A stretch of 63,880 nt of DNA, the filler included, from Lama guanicoe (taxonomy: Eukaryota): assembly GCA_013239625.1 (NCBI GenBank). It is 191 parts of 191 records of this genome, joined end to end, with 100 filler letters (N's around TTAATTAATTAA, not from the genome) between each part and the next. Parts side by side here need not be neighbours in the genome. Positions count along the whole stretch, not along the records: positions 38,858 to 39,092 come from PNXV01045101.1; positions 39,193 to 39,427 come from PNXV01045102.1; positions 39,528 to 39,762 come from PNXV01045103.1; positions 39,863 to 40,097 come from PNXV01045104.1; positions 40,198 to 40,432 come from PNXV01045105.1; positions 40,533 to 40,767 come from PNXV01045106.1; positions 40,868 to 41,102 come from PNXV01045107.1; positions 41,203 to 41,437 come from PNXV01045108.1; 183 more parts are not named here. The stretch is one strand, 5' to 3'. Positions 39,001-50,816 of this stretch are shown piece by piece. The translations under genes and the position numbers were made by a program. Numbering within the stretch: position 1 is the first letter of the stretch; each line of letters begins with the position of its first letter. The notes under the pieces are model-generated. The model ran no database searches. It was not told the DNA's origin and saw nothing but the letters and a program-made list of their open reading frames with translations.

Positions 39001-39862
39001 CCATCACCTCAGAGGGCGAGGAAAGGGTCTAGCCTGCCAGAACCAAGGTAAGGTGTTCACCTTTAGCACAGAAACCTTAGAAACAATGAAAANNNNNNNN
39101 NNNNNNNNNNNNNNNNNNNNNNNNNNNNNNNNNNNNTTAATTAATTAANNNNNNNNNNNNNNNNNNNNNNNNNNNNNNNNNNNNNNNNNNNNTAAATTTT
39201 TTTCTTACACGTATCTAATGAAAACTGTGAAAGCACAATTTCATTCATAGTGATAAATATACTTATTCCTCACTTCTTCATCATGATCCATAGCTTTCAA
39301 AAAGAAGTCTGTGTTCTCTATTTCTGGCTGTACCCTTCCCCTCCCGCTGTCCCTGTGGGCCTGTCACCTGCACATGGATACTGTTCTCAGAACACATGGA
39401 GGTCATCAGCTTCTCGAGTTTCTGATANNNNNNNNNNNNNNNNNNNNNNNNNNNNNNNNNNNNNNNNNNNNTTAATTAATTAANNNNNNNNNNNNNNNNN
39501 NNNNNNNNNNNNNNNNNNNNNNNNNNNCATTGTCCCCACAAGTCCCAGGGGTCCCTGCACACAGGCTCTCAGTGGTATCAAGAGAGAAATTCTTAGCTTC
39601 ATCTAGCTCTTACCCTCCTTCTACCACTGTTGCCAGGATTCTACTTTATATGTTTTCACCACATTTTTTAAGGAACAAAGATTCTAGAATTAGCAAAGAG
39701 GGGAAACCCAATTGTTTCCCACCTTCACTGAATTCTTGCTGGATTTCTGTCTTCTCTGCAGTNNNNNNNNNNNNNNNNNNNNNNNNNNNNNNNNNNNNNN
39801 NNNNNNTTAATTAATTAANNNNNNNNNNNNNNNNNNNNNNNNNNNNNNNNNNNNNNNNNNNN

Positions 39863-40097
39863 GCCCAACTCCAGAGGTTATTCCATTGTGCCCAGGAGTT
39901 TGCTAATTCCTTGTTTCTGCGGTCAGCTCGATCTGGTAGTTTTTGGACCATATTTCTGACAGTTTCTGATTGGTTTACATAGAAACAGCATTCCTCATTT
40001 AGGAAGAGAGAATGTCCCCCCTTTTTGGCGGTGAGCAAGTCTAAACTGCTCCTGTTCTGTAGGACTACTGCTGCTAGGGAGTCCAACTGGTTTTGTA
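39863..40097 (-). mobile_element. env: Endogenous retrovirus gamma-type env, TM ectodomain fragment
   Basis: Frame open across the contig: QNQLDSLAAVVLQNRSSLDLLTAKKGGHSLFLNEECCFYVNQS...WNNLWSW. It contains an immunosuppressive-domain-like LQNRxxLDLL and a degenerate CX6CC. Confidence 0.93.
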
Positions 40098-40574
40098 NNN
40101 NNNNNNNNNNNNNNNNNNNNNNNNNNNNNNNNNNNNNNNNNTTAATTAATTAANNNNNNNNNNNNNNNNNNNNNNNNNNNNNNNNNNNNNNNNNNNNGCT
40201 AGAGCACATGAACAGGGAGGGGACGTCTGCCTTTTCTGTGGATCAGAAGATACTTAACTACTTATCTTGCATTTCTTCTAGCTCCTTCCTTCTTGTAGTA
40301 GAGGTAGAAGTAAAATCATTCAGAATCACCAAAAGACACGACTCGAGATAAACTTAGAAATGACCGGACCCGACCCTCTCTTGATACAGAGCAAGCAAGA
40401 GACGTGTGGGGGGGGCTGTGACGTTTCCAGTCNNNNNNNNNNNNNNNNNNNNNNNNNNNNNNNNNNNNNNNNNNNNTTAATTAATTAANNNNNNNNNNNN
40501 NNNNNNNNNNNNNNNNNNNNNNNNNNNNNNNNTTTCACATCTGGGTTCATTCCTGTCTGAAGGGGAAATGGACC

Positions 40575-40767
40575 ATTTTTTTTCTTTCTTTTTTTAAATT
40601 GAAGTATAGTCAGTTTGCAATGTGGTGTCAATTTCTAGTGTACAGCATAATATTTCAGTCAGACATACACATATATATATATACACACATATGTATATTC
40701 CTTTCCATATTCTTTCTATTATAGGTTACTATAAGGTATTGAATATAGTTCCCTGTGCTAGACAGTA
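40575..40767 (-). mobile_element. LINE-1 3' end (artiodactyl/camelid type)
   Basis: Poly(T), then TTGAAGTATAGTCAGTTT...TGTCAATTTCTAGTGTACAGCATAAT...TTGAATATAGTTCCCTGTGCTA. Confidence 0.9.
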
Positions 40768-43547
40768 NNNNNNNNNNNNNNNNNNNNNNNNNNNNNNNNN
40801 NNNNNNNNNNNTTAATTAATTAANNNNNNNNNNNNNNNNNNNNNNNNNNNNNNNNNNNNNNNNNNNNGGGAAAACAGTTTGTTCATGATAGGTTAAGATT
40901 GGGGGTAACAGAGAGCTCCCAAATCTCAGTGGCTTTAAAAACGTTTTTATTCCTCACTTAAGCAAGTCGGCAGTGCGTCGGCCTGATGCTTCGGGGGATC
41001 TATCTTCTACGTAATGGCCCAGTGTCACACCTCCGCATCAGCATGTGCTTCCGTGACCACATAGCAAGGGTGAAAGCACTGAGGAGTCTCACAATTAAAG
41101 GANNNNNNNNNNNNNNNNNNNNNNNNNNNNNNNNNNNNNNNNNNNNTTAATTAATTAANNNNNNNNNNNNNNNNNNNNNNNNNNNNNNNNNNNNNNNNNN
41201 NNAAAATTTCAGGAAACTGGGCCAAAGCAAGAACATTCAGGTCATAAGATGTCAAGACCCATAAAGAGAATTTCTTACTTTTTAAGAAAAGTCTTTAAAC
41301 TCTAATTCTTAGGGGCAGAATTTTATGTATGTTCATTTTATTGTACTTTTAATAGTATAGTTCAACTTATCCATATTATAAGTAGTAGTTTGCTTACTTG
41401 ATCTAATAGGAAGATTTCTATAAAGAATCTCCCACTTNNNNNNNNNNNNNNNNNNNNNNNNNNNNNNNNNNNNNNNNNNNNTTAATTAATTAANNNNNNN
41501 NNNNNNNNNNNNNNNNNNNNNNNNNNNNNNNNNNNNNGGCCCTTCACTCCAAAGACATGACTCCTGTCCCGAGGACTTGGCTTTTCTGGACTCTCCATTG
41601 AACTGTGTTTTCCACTGTGTGTCTTCACTCTGGCTGTGTTTGAATTTCAACTTCTCTGAAGTCTCTGCTCAGATATTTGGGTTCCTATGCTGTGGTTCCC
41701 TCCTCCCGTAACCTGCCACCAACTTCCATCTCTTTGGTGAGTTTCCGTTTCTTCAGTCATTAGAGATGGAAGNNNNNNNNNNNNNNNNNNNNNNNNNNNN
41801 NNNNNNNNNNNNNNNNTTAATTAATTAANNNNNNNNNNNNNNNNNNNNNNNNNNNNNNNNNNNNNNNNNNNNTGGATATGGAACAGGCAAGTGTGCAATA
41901 ATGAAGGAGAGGTGAACGCTCGGGGAAGAGCAAAGGAAGGGACTGGCTTTTAACTGCATAGTATGAAGGTAAAGAATATACTCTTATGATACCCAAATGT
42001 ATATACTTTTAAAATCTTCTCTTCTGAGCTTGAAACCCTTGTGCTGCACAGCTCCCCAGAGAGCTCTTGAAGGCACTTCAACGTGACCATCACTAACGCT
42101 GTCCTGGNNNNNNNNNNNNNNNNNNNNNNNNNNNNNNNNNNNNNNNNNNNNTTAATTAATTAANNNNNNNNNNNNNNNNNNNNNNNNNNNNNNNNNNNNN
42201 NNNNNNNTGCGTTATTTAGAAGCTGTGCTAATTCCTGATCCAGCAGGATCCTGATCTCATATCAATGCTCATCAGGAAGAAAAGCGCTATTCTCATTGCA
42301 TCGGGCAGGTGCAGGCCCTCTCGGCTTAACTTTGTGTTGTCCTCGTAAAAAAATCATGATCATTAGAATGTGTGCTCCTTGAGGGCGGGGGCTTCATCCA
42401 TCTCGTTCACCGTCATAATCCCAGCACTGAGAAGAGTAAATGNNNNNNNNNNNNNNNNNNNNNNNNNNNNNNNNNNNNNNNNNNNNTTAATTAATTAANN
42501 NNNNNNNNNNNNNNNNNNNNNNNNNNNNNNNNNNNNNNNNNNCAAGAGGGCGGTGCTGGCCTTCCTGCCAACACGATGACATGAAGCCTGAACAACCCAT
42601 CGATGGGAAGAATAAGAGAGCCATGGTCACATCTGGACCCCAAGCTTAGACACGGTGCACAGGTGACATGTATCGACAATCCAGCGAGGTTCAGGCCAGA
42701 GCTAGAGGCTGGGGCAGCAAAGCGGGAATGGCACTAAGGAGCATGGTGGTTCAGAGGCTGGACTGGGGGCCCGCAGGNNNNNNNNNNNNNNNNNNNNNNN
42801 NNNNNNNNNNNNNNNNNNNNNTTAATTAATTAANNNNNNNNNNNNNNNNNNNNNNNNNNNNNNNNNNNNNNNNNNNNATCAGAGAGTCCCTCGTTCTAAA
42901 ACATCAAGAAAGCTGGCTTGCTGTGATGTCATGTCGGACACTGCCTACGTATGTCTGAATCTTCATACGTGGTAAACAATAAATCTGTATATGTGTGTGT
43001 ATATATATATATGTATAGGTATATACTGAAAAATATATATTTACTTTAAAAGTATGTTTGATGATTTTCAAGTATTTTATACAATAAAGTTGTAAAGTTG
43101 CCCAGTGGTTTCNNNNNNNNNNNNNNNNNNNNNNNNNNNNNNNNNNNNNNNNNNNNTTAATTAATTAANNNNNNNNNNNNNNNNNNNNNNNNNNNNNNNN
43201 NNNNNNNNNNNNAAAAGAGGCAAGATGTTCAAGAATTGGATGGAGCATTCCAGAAGGAGAGGGATGCATGAATGAAGACCCTGAGGCAAGAAGGAACGGC
43301 TTGTTCCAGGTAGGAGAGTTTGCTAGCTCAGTCTAGGTGGTGGAAGTGGCATGAGTAGGTTTGAGAGATGTTTAGCAGGTGTAACTGGAAGAATTTGCCA
43401 GTCAATTGGATGTAGACAGTAAGAGTGAAGGAAGCTTAGGACTCGCTNNNNNNNNNNNNNNNNNNNNNNNNNNNNNNNNNNNNNNNNNNNNTTAATTAAT
43501 TAANNNNNNNNNNNNNNNNNNNNNNNNNNNNNNNNNNNNNNNNNNNN

Positions 43548-43782
43548 GAGAAAATATTTGCAAATCATGTATCTAATAAAGGACCTAATCATGTATCTAA
43601 TAAAGGAAGACATACAGGTGGCCAATACGTACACAAAAAGGTGCTCAACATCACTACTTATCAGGGGAAACTCAAATCAAAACTATAATGAGATATCACT
43701 TTACATCTGTTAGAATGACTATAATTTTTTTTTAAAAAATGACAAGTATTGGTGAGGATAGGGAGAAAAGGGAACCTTTGTG
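43548..43782 (+). mobile_element. LINE-1 ORF2 fragment with internal duplication and deletion
   Basis: EKIFANHVSNKG...EDIQVANTYTKRCSTSL...QIKTIMRYHFTSVRM. Confidence 0.88.
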
Positions 43783-44552
43783 NNNNNNNNNNNNNNNNNN
43801 NNNNNNNNNNNNNNNNNNNNNNNNNNTTAATTAATTAANNNNNNNNNNNNNNNNNNNNNNNNNNNNNNNNNNNNNNNNNNNNGGTTTAAGGGTCTGCCTA
43901 TGAGAGCCTGTGGATTTGCTTCAAACTCCCCCGCAGCCTGTCCTGGCCTCTGCCTCTAACACCCCAAGTTCTCAGGACTCAAGCAACAGGTCAATCAGCT
44001 TCTGGAAAGGGGGCGCTGTGCTGTCAGCGGGCAGCGGCGGCGGGACTGGGGCTGCCCTGTGCAAGCGCGGGGATTTGCTCCCGTTACCCACTGACGCTGC
44101 CGCCGCCCAGGCACACTNNNNNNNNNNNNNNNNNNNNNNNNNNNNNNNNNNNNNNNNNNNNTTAATTAATTAANNNNNNNNNNNNNNNNNNNNNNNNNNN
44201 NNNNNNNNNNNNNNNNNTGTAACCCAAGCCTATCCCTCTGGTGAAGAGTTCGGGAAGCTGGGTAACACTGATAAAAATTTACTGACTTCTGAGAATTGAA
44301 ATTACAATAGAAAAAAAAGAAGTAAATCGCGTTGTTTGCATTTTCAGTGAAGCAACTTTGATTAATTGTATCATTACATAAAAGTTAAGTCTGAAAAATT
44401 CATGATGATATTGAAATTACATGCCTTAATAGAATGTAAAGCTGATTTTCTCNNNNNNNNNNNNNNNNNNNNNNNNNNNNNNNNNNNNNNNNNNNNTTAA
44501 TTAATTAANNNNNNNNNNNNNNNNNNNNNNNNNNNNNNNNNNNNNNNNNNNN

Positions 44553-44640
44553 GCCGGGCGGCCGCCGCCGCTGCTCCGCCCGCCGCCGCCGCCGCTCGGC
44601 GCGGCTCCCCCCTGACGTCATCCGCGGCCCGCTCCGACAT
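44553..44640 (-). CDS. ATXN7: Ataxin-7, first coding exon, 3'-truncated (MSERAADDVRGEPRRAAAAAGGAAAAAAR)
   Basis: Manual translation from ATG at 44640 matches the human ataxin-7 N-terminus that precedes the polyQ tract. Upstream are 11 nt of UTR and an acceptor (cttttcccccttttttgttacattgtAG, AG at 44653-44652). CpG-island context. Confidence 0.96.
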
Positions 44641-46567
44641 TCTTTCCGCTCCTACAATGTAACAAAAAAGGGGGAAAAGAGTCGCGCGGGGGCCGCTTTT
44701 AAGGAGGCGCCGGGGAGTTCCGGCGGCGTGCGCGGCCCGCGGGCCGGGTGGGGCGCGCTGACAGCGCCCCCGGCCGCCCCGCCCCCCNNNNNNNNNNNNN
44801 NNNNNNNNNNNNNNNNNNNNNNNNNNNNNNNTTAATTAATTAANNNNNNNNNNNNNNNNNNNNNNNNNNNNNNNNNNNNNNNNNNNNCTACTCCAGAAAC
44901 CTTCCAAGCAACAGAATTATTTTGACTTATCTTTTCCGGAAACTGTAGGACTCTGAAGAAAAGCATAGTCCCTAAATAGGACTTTAACCATAGAAAGAAC
45001 CGTAGGGAAAAAAAGGAGATAATCTAAAACGGGTGCAGGTACAGACGTCTGAGATGCTGCTACTTACAAACTCAGTGTATGAAGAGGATGCCCATAGGCT
45101 TAATAGAAATAACAGGAATTTTNNNNNNNNNNNNNNNNNNNNNNNNNNNNNNNNNNNNNNNNNNNNTTAATTAATTAANNNNNNNNNNNNNNNNNNNNNN
45201 NNNNNNNNNNNNNNNNNNNNNNCTCTCCCTTGAGAGGTCCTAACTATTGCAAAAATGCTGGCCCTGTGTGCGAACAGCACTGCATGACGCGTTTGTTGCT
45301 CCTCAGCCTTGCAAAGAAGGCGTTTGTTGAAACAGGCCCTGGATTAGTCTCTATTATATCTCTTCTTCTGGGTTTTAGCTGGGGACTTTTAACGTGCTTT
45401 TGCTTTGCCTAGGTTTTTGGTCTTAGCAGCTGGGTAAACAGACTCTCTGCAACACCCNNNNNNNNNNNNNNNNNNNNNNNNNNNNNNNNNNNNNNNNNNN
45501 NTTAATTAATTAANNNNNNNNNNNNNNNNNNNNNNNNNNNNNNNNNNNNNNNNNNNNAGTTTTACTAAAATCTCTAGTTTCAATAAAATCCTAGAAAAAA
45601 TCCTAGAAGGTATGAATTATGCAACGGAAAACCCTTAATCTAAGATCTGATTTTTTATCATTCTCAAAAAGCTTTTTCTTATTGCTCTGTGATGCTATAT
45701 ATAGTAAGTATAAATACTACCTATATCTACCAAGCGGTATATTTATAACAGAAGGAGAACTTAAATTTTGTATGTAAAATCAGCTATTTTTTNNNNNNNN
45801 NNNNNNNNNNNNNNNNNNNNNNNNNNNNNNNNNNNNTTAATTAATTAANNNNNNNNNNNNNNNNNNNNNNNNNNNNNNNNNNNNNNNNNNNNTTGCAAAA
45901 CATAGCACCTAACTGACACTCAGCACATATTTTTTGAGCTGATTTGAATAGATGGTCCCATTAAGAAAGGACATCTTCACCCTCTTGATCATGAAATTAA
46001 TCTATGCTGAGTCCCCTTCTTTCAGGGACCTATGAGATTGGTGAGAACATCTGATAAACCAATCTGAGCTGCAGTGTTAGCAGTAATTAAGGTTCTTTGC
46101 AAGCACCTCTTGAAATAACTGTGCCTTNNNNNNNNNNNNNNNNNNNNNNNNNNNNNNNNNNNNNNNNNNNNTTAATTAATTAANNNNNNNNNNNNNNNNN
46201 NNNNNNNNNNNNNNNNNNNNNNNNNNNTGTTCACTGCCGTGGGACAGTTGGGTCAGAACTGCTTAATGTCAGCTGGATTAGGCACACGGGGGCCAATGGT
46301 GACCTAGCCTGCACCTTGCCGTGGTGCAGGTGCACGTCTGGTTCCTGAGAGGAGTCAAGGAGGAAGTGAGGCACAGCGGGTGTAGGCTGCTCTGGGGGGA
46401 GCTGGGAGGGAGACGGGGCTGTACCCATGCGCTGCACGTTTGAAGTGAGTGTGTTATTTTCCNNNNNNNNNNNNNNNNNNNNNNNNNNNNNNNNNNNNNN
46501 NNNNNNTTAATTAATTAANNNNNNNNNNNNNNNNNNNNNNNNNNNNNNNNNNNNNNNNNNNNACTCA

Positions 46568-46653
46568 TTTATTTTTAATGGAGGTACAGAGAATTGAAAC
46601 TAGGGCCTTGTGCATGCTAAGGATGTGCTCTACCACTGAGCTACACCCTCCCC
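46568..46653 (-). mobile_element. tRNA-derived SINE, vic-1-like
   Basis: Reverse complement GGGGAGGGTGTAGCTCAGTGGTAGAGCACATCCTTAGCATGCACAAGG...TACCTCCATTAAAAATAAAT. Confidence 0.88.
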
Positions 46654-47567
46654 AACAACCTGCTTTTTGAAGCATAGTCTTTTTAAAAAGAGGACAAGTT
46701 ACATATGAAACTTGCAAATATGCACTACCCTTGTTTACAATAAAAAAATTTTTATTGAGACTTTTTGGGAAGAAATCAATTATCAGAGATGAAATTCNNN
46801 NNNNNNNNNNNNNNNNNNNNNNNNNNNNNNNNNNNNNNNNNTTAATTAATTAANNNNNNNNNNNNNNNNNNNNNNNNNNNNNNNNNNNNNNNNNNNNTAT
46901 TTTGTTTGATTTTTAATGTACTTTTAAAACTTTAAAACTTCTCCTTCTGTAGGTAAAATTAAGGTGACTTCATATTCCCACTTGCCAAACTAGCAAGAAA
47001 ATCAGTCCTGGGCACTGCGGTCATGGCATTCAGGTTGTGGGGGCTGGGGATCACGTTTATGTCTTTTGGGAGCGGGGTTCAGGAAGGCTCCTGCTCTCCA
47101 GGCAAAGCCCTCGTGAGCCTATGTAGACCCTTNNNNNNNNNNNNNNNNNNNNNNNNNNNNNNNNNNNNNNNNNNNNTTAATTAATTAANNNNNNNNNNNN
47201 NNNNNNNNNNNNNNNNNNNNNNNNNNNNNNNNTCTAGGCAGAGAATTGGGAAGGGGTTCTAGATGAAGGGTCCTGGGTGTGCAGACACTTAAAGGCACAA
47301 AGCAACACACATTGAGAGGATGATGTGGGGACGATAGTAGAAGATTAAGTTATAAATAGTGTGTCGGGGGGAGGAGTCAGAAGTATAGAGACTGGAAAAT
47401 AGGTTTTGGGGCTTACATTGAACAATTTAATATGTAAAGCTAAGAAATAATATACTGAAGCTTCTGTNNNNNNNNNNNNNNNNNNNNNNNNNNNNNNNNN
47501 NNNNNNNNNNNTTAATTAATTAANNNNNNNNNNNNNNNNNNNNNNNNNNNNNNNNNNNNNNNNNNNN

Positions 47568-47801
47568 CAGAGAAATGCAAATCAAAACTACAATGAGGTA
47601 TCACCTCACACTAGTCTGAATGGCCGTCATCAAAAACTTCACATGTAATAAATGCCACAGAGGGTGTGGAGAAGAGGGAACCCTCCTGCACTGTTGGTGG
47701 GAATGTAAATACATGCAGCCCCTGTGGAGAACAGTATGGTGGTTCCTTTGACAGCTAAAAACAGACTTACCATATGATCCAGCAATCCCACTCCTGGGCA
47801 T
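47568..47801 (+). mobile_element. LINE-1 ORF2 CCHC-region fragment, frame open
   Basis: [75 protein letters not shown]: colinear, with internal stops. Confidence 0.95.
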
Positions 47802-48906
47802 NNNNNNNNNNNNNNNNNNNNNNNNNNNNNNNNNNNNNNNNNNNNTTAATTAATTAANNNNNNNNNNNNNNNNNNNNNNNNNNNNNNNNNNNNNNNNNNN
47901 NACTTCAGCCCTCACACCAAGATCTGCTTGCACAGCTTCAGCAGAAATCAGCTCTCTCTAGACCTGACCACAATTGCCGGCCTGCGTGATTATCTGTGCG
48001 TGGGGTTATTTTCAATCTCCTAATTCATTTTCTTAAGAATCAGTTGGCTTCCCCTCTGCTTCCAGTCAATTTCATGTGTAAATAACTAGAACTGAAGACC
48101 TCATGGAGACCTACTTATTTGTCCCTTTTGCCACCTNNNNNNNNNNNNNNNNNNNNNNNNNNNNNNNNNNNNNNNNNNNNTTAATTAATTAANNNNNNNN
48201 NNNNNNNNNNNNNNNNNNNNNNNNNNNNNNNNNNNNTGTCTGGACCAGGAGCGCCCCAGGGTTCTTCAGGTCCCCAGGAGCTTCCACCCTTGGTGGGAGA
48301 TTCTTCCCCTGAGATGGTGTAACCATCTCCAGGGACTCTCAACTGACCGCTGAACACCTGGGCCGGGCCTCACACAGTGGCCAAGCACTGCGCAGACAGA
48401 GCAGAGCTGCTGGGTGGGCCCTGCCCAACCCAACAGGACTCACCCCCACCCGACCTCAGCTTCAGCCCACTNNNNNNNNNNNNNNNNNNNNNNNNNNNNN
48501 NNNNNNNNNNNNNNNTTAATTAATTAANNNNNNNNNNNNNNNNNNNNNNNNNNNNNNNNNNNNNNNNNNNNTCTTGAGCCAGATGTCACAGGAGGAGGGG
48601 TGGAGACTGGGTTTGGGGGGGGACAGTGAGGTCAGCCTTGGAGCTCGGGGTATCTGCAGGACCCCCGATCAGGGACAGGTCCAACACACATGAAGATGGG
48701 GCTGGAGCTCAGGAGAGGGGTGAATCTGCAGACTTGTACTTGGAAATGGTGAGCACGTGATCCCCTCTCAAAACCGAGTCAGGGAGGCCCAGGGGTGAAG
48801 CTGGGGNNNNNNNNNNNNNNNNNNNNNNNNNNNNNNNNNNNNNNNNNNNNTTAATTAATTAANNNNNNNNNNNNNNNNNNNNNNNNNNNNNNNNNNNNNN
48901 NNNNNN

Positions 48907-49141
48907 GAATACACAGCGCTGCATACCCCAGTGGAATAAACCAGTAGGAAGTACACCGCGGTGCATGGCGCAGTGGAAGAAACAATTGGTGTCTATGCTA
49001 CCATGCAGGCACAAGTGGAATAAACCACTGGGGAATACACGGCAGTGTATGTACCACTGGAATAAACCAGTGGGGATTACACCGTGGTCATAGCTCCAGT
49101 GGAATAAACCAGTGGGGAATATGCCGCGGTGCATTCCCCAG
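48907..49141. repeat. 42-bp tandem satellite, about 5.6 units
   Basis: (G/C)TGGAA(T/G)AAAC recurs at 48931, 48973, 49015, 49057 and 49099. Confidence 0.93.
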
Positions 49142-50581
49142 NNNNNNNNNNNNNNNNNNNNNNNNNNNNNNNNNNNNNNNNNNNNTTAATTAATTAANNN
49201 NNNNNNNNNNNNNNNNNNNNNNNNNNNNNNNNNNNNNNNNNCCTTCCTGCCTGAGTGGGTGGGCATTAATGCAGACTTGTCTCCACTCCAGATGTAGGCT
49301 GGGCAGCAGGGAAACTTTCTGGAATAGCCTGACCAACTTGGAACCAGTATTATATGCCTCTGGAAGCCTAGTAGCTCCTGGAGGAGCTTGTGGTCCTGCA
49401 GCAGGTGGGCATCCATTTCGAGAGTGATTCTAGTTGGCTAGACTTTGAGGGGAAAAAAAAAAAAAAAAGAAAGGGGNNNNNNNNNNNNNNNNNNNNNNNN
49501 NNNNNNNNNNNNNNNNNNNNTTAATTAATTAANNNNNNNNNNNNNNNNNNNNNNNNNNNNNNNNNNNNNNNNNNNNTCGGAGTCTGGGGGCCGTATTTCA
49601 AGACTTGCCCTGGTGTGGAGGGCTTTGTTTCTGAAGACAGATGCTGCACAGACATCATCCACTGAGCTTGCCTAACCCCTTGCACACTGAAGTCACCAGT
49701 AACTACAGCCTGCTTCAGGTTTTAAGGGAGGAGCACAGACAATCAACAGGGGAGGTGCTCTGAGGGGGTGAACCAGGCCGGTGGGGGCCGAGCTCAGAGC
49801 CCCCCTGCCTCNNNNNNNNNNNNNNNNNNNNNNNNNNNNNNNNNNNNNNNNNNNNTTAATTAATTAANNNNNNNNNNNNNNNNNNNNNNNNNNNNNNNNN
49901 NNNNNNNNNNNACTGTCCCCCAGTAACCCTTCCAGGATGGTCCAGGACCCTTCCAGGACCATGCACGTGATAGAAGTGATAAGTGCTGGGCTGGGGCCAG
50001 CACATCGGAAGCACTGCCGATACCACATTTCTTTCGTTGCTTTTCTGCGTAGTCCTCCTCTTCCCTGACTCAAGCATGCATCTTCCAATTCATTTTCAAA
50101 TCTCCATTGTCCTCCTTCTGGAATAACTTCAGATACGCCAGACTGGNNNNNNNNNNNNNNNNNNNNNNNNNNNNNNNNNNNNNNNNNNNNTTAATTAATT
50201 AANNNNNNNNNNNNNNNNNNNNNNNNNNNNNNNNNNNNNNNNNNNNCTCATTTTCTGCGTTCTTCACTGGTCGCTCTGAGACAGAAAGAGAGGAGAAGTT
50301 TTGTAAACTTTCCAACATCCATTATTAGCTCAGTTTGTCTTGGAGACCCACAGCAGCAGTTCCTGTCGCAAGGTTCTCTTGAAGTCCCTTGGCTTAGAGC
50401 TGGCCAAAGAGCATGACCTTGGCCTTCCCCAATCCCGAAGTTTCAGACTTGGTAATAAACTCCTGAGAACACTTTTTTTTTNNNNNNNNNNNNNNNNNNN
50501 NNNNNNNNNNNNNNNNNNNNNNNNNTTAATTAATTAANNNNNNNNNNNNNNNNNNNNNNNNNNNNNNNNNNNNNNNNNNNN

Positions 50582-50816
50582 GCTCTCTCACACCACGACG
50601 GCAGGAAGAGCGACGGGACGCGGGCGAAAAGAATAAAAGGGACTGGGGCTGCAACGTGAAGGGGTGAGAAAGCGGGAAACCTAGGGACAGAGAAGGTAAC
50701 GCCGAGCCGTGCGCCAGCTGCTGGAGGGCTGGGGACGCAGCGGGCAGCGGCGCCGGAAGTCGGGTGTCGGCGCCGGAAGTCGGGCGGCGGCGCCGGAACT
50801 CGAGCCGCAGCTCCAG
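50582..50816. promoter_or_regulatory. CpG-island promoter fragment with three ETS/GABP motifs
   Basis: CCGGAAGT at 50753 and 50773, CCGGAACT at 50793; CpG-rich. Confidence 0.75.

Noticed and set aside
48859..49134. 14-aa repeat protein (FPTGLFHW)
   Set aside because: It is the translation of a 42-bp tandem repeat whose period is a multiple of three; there is no splice or coding evidence.
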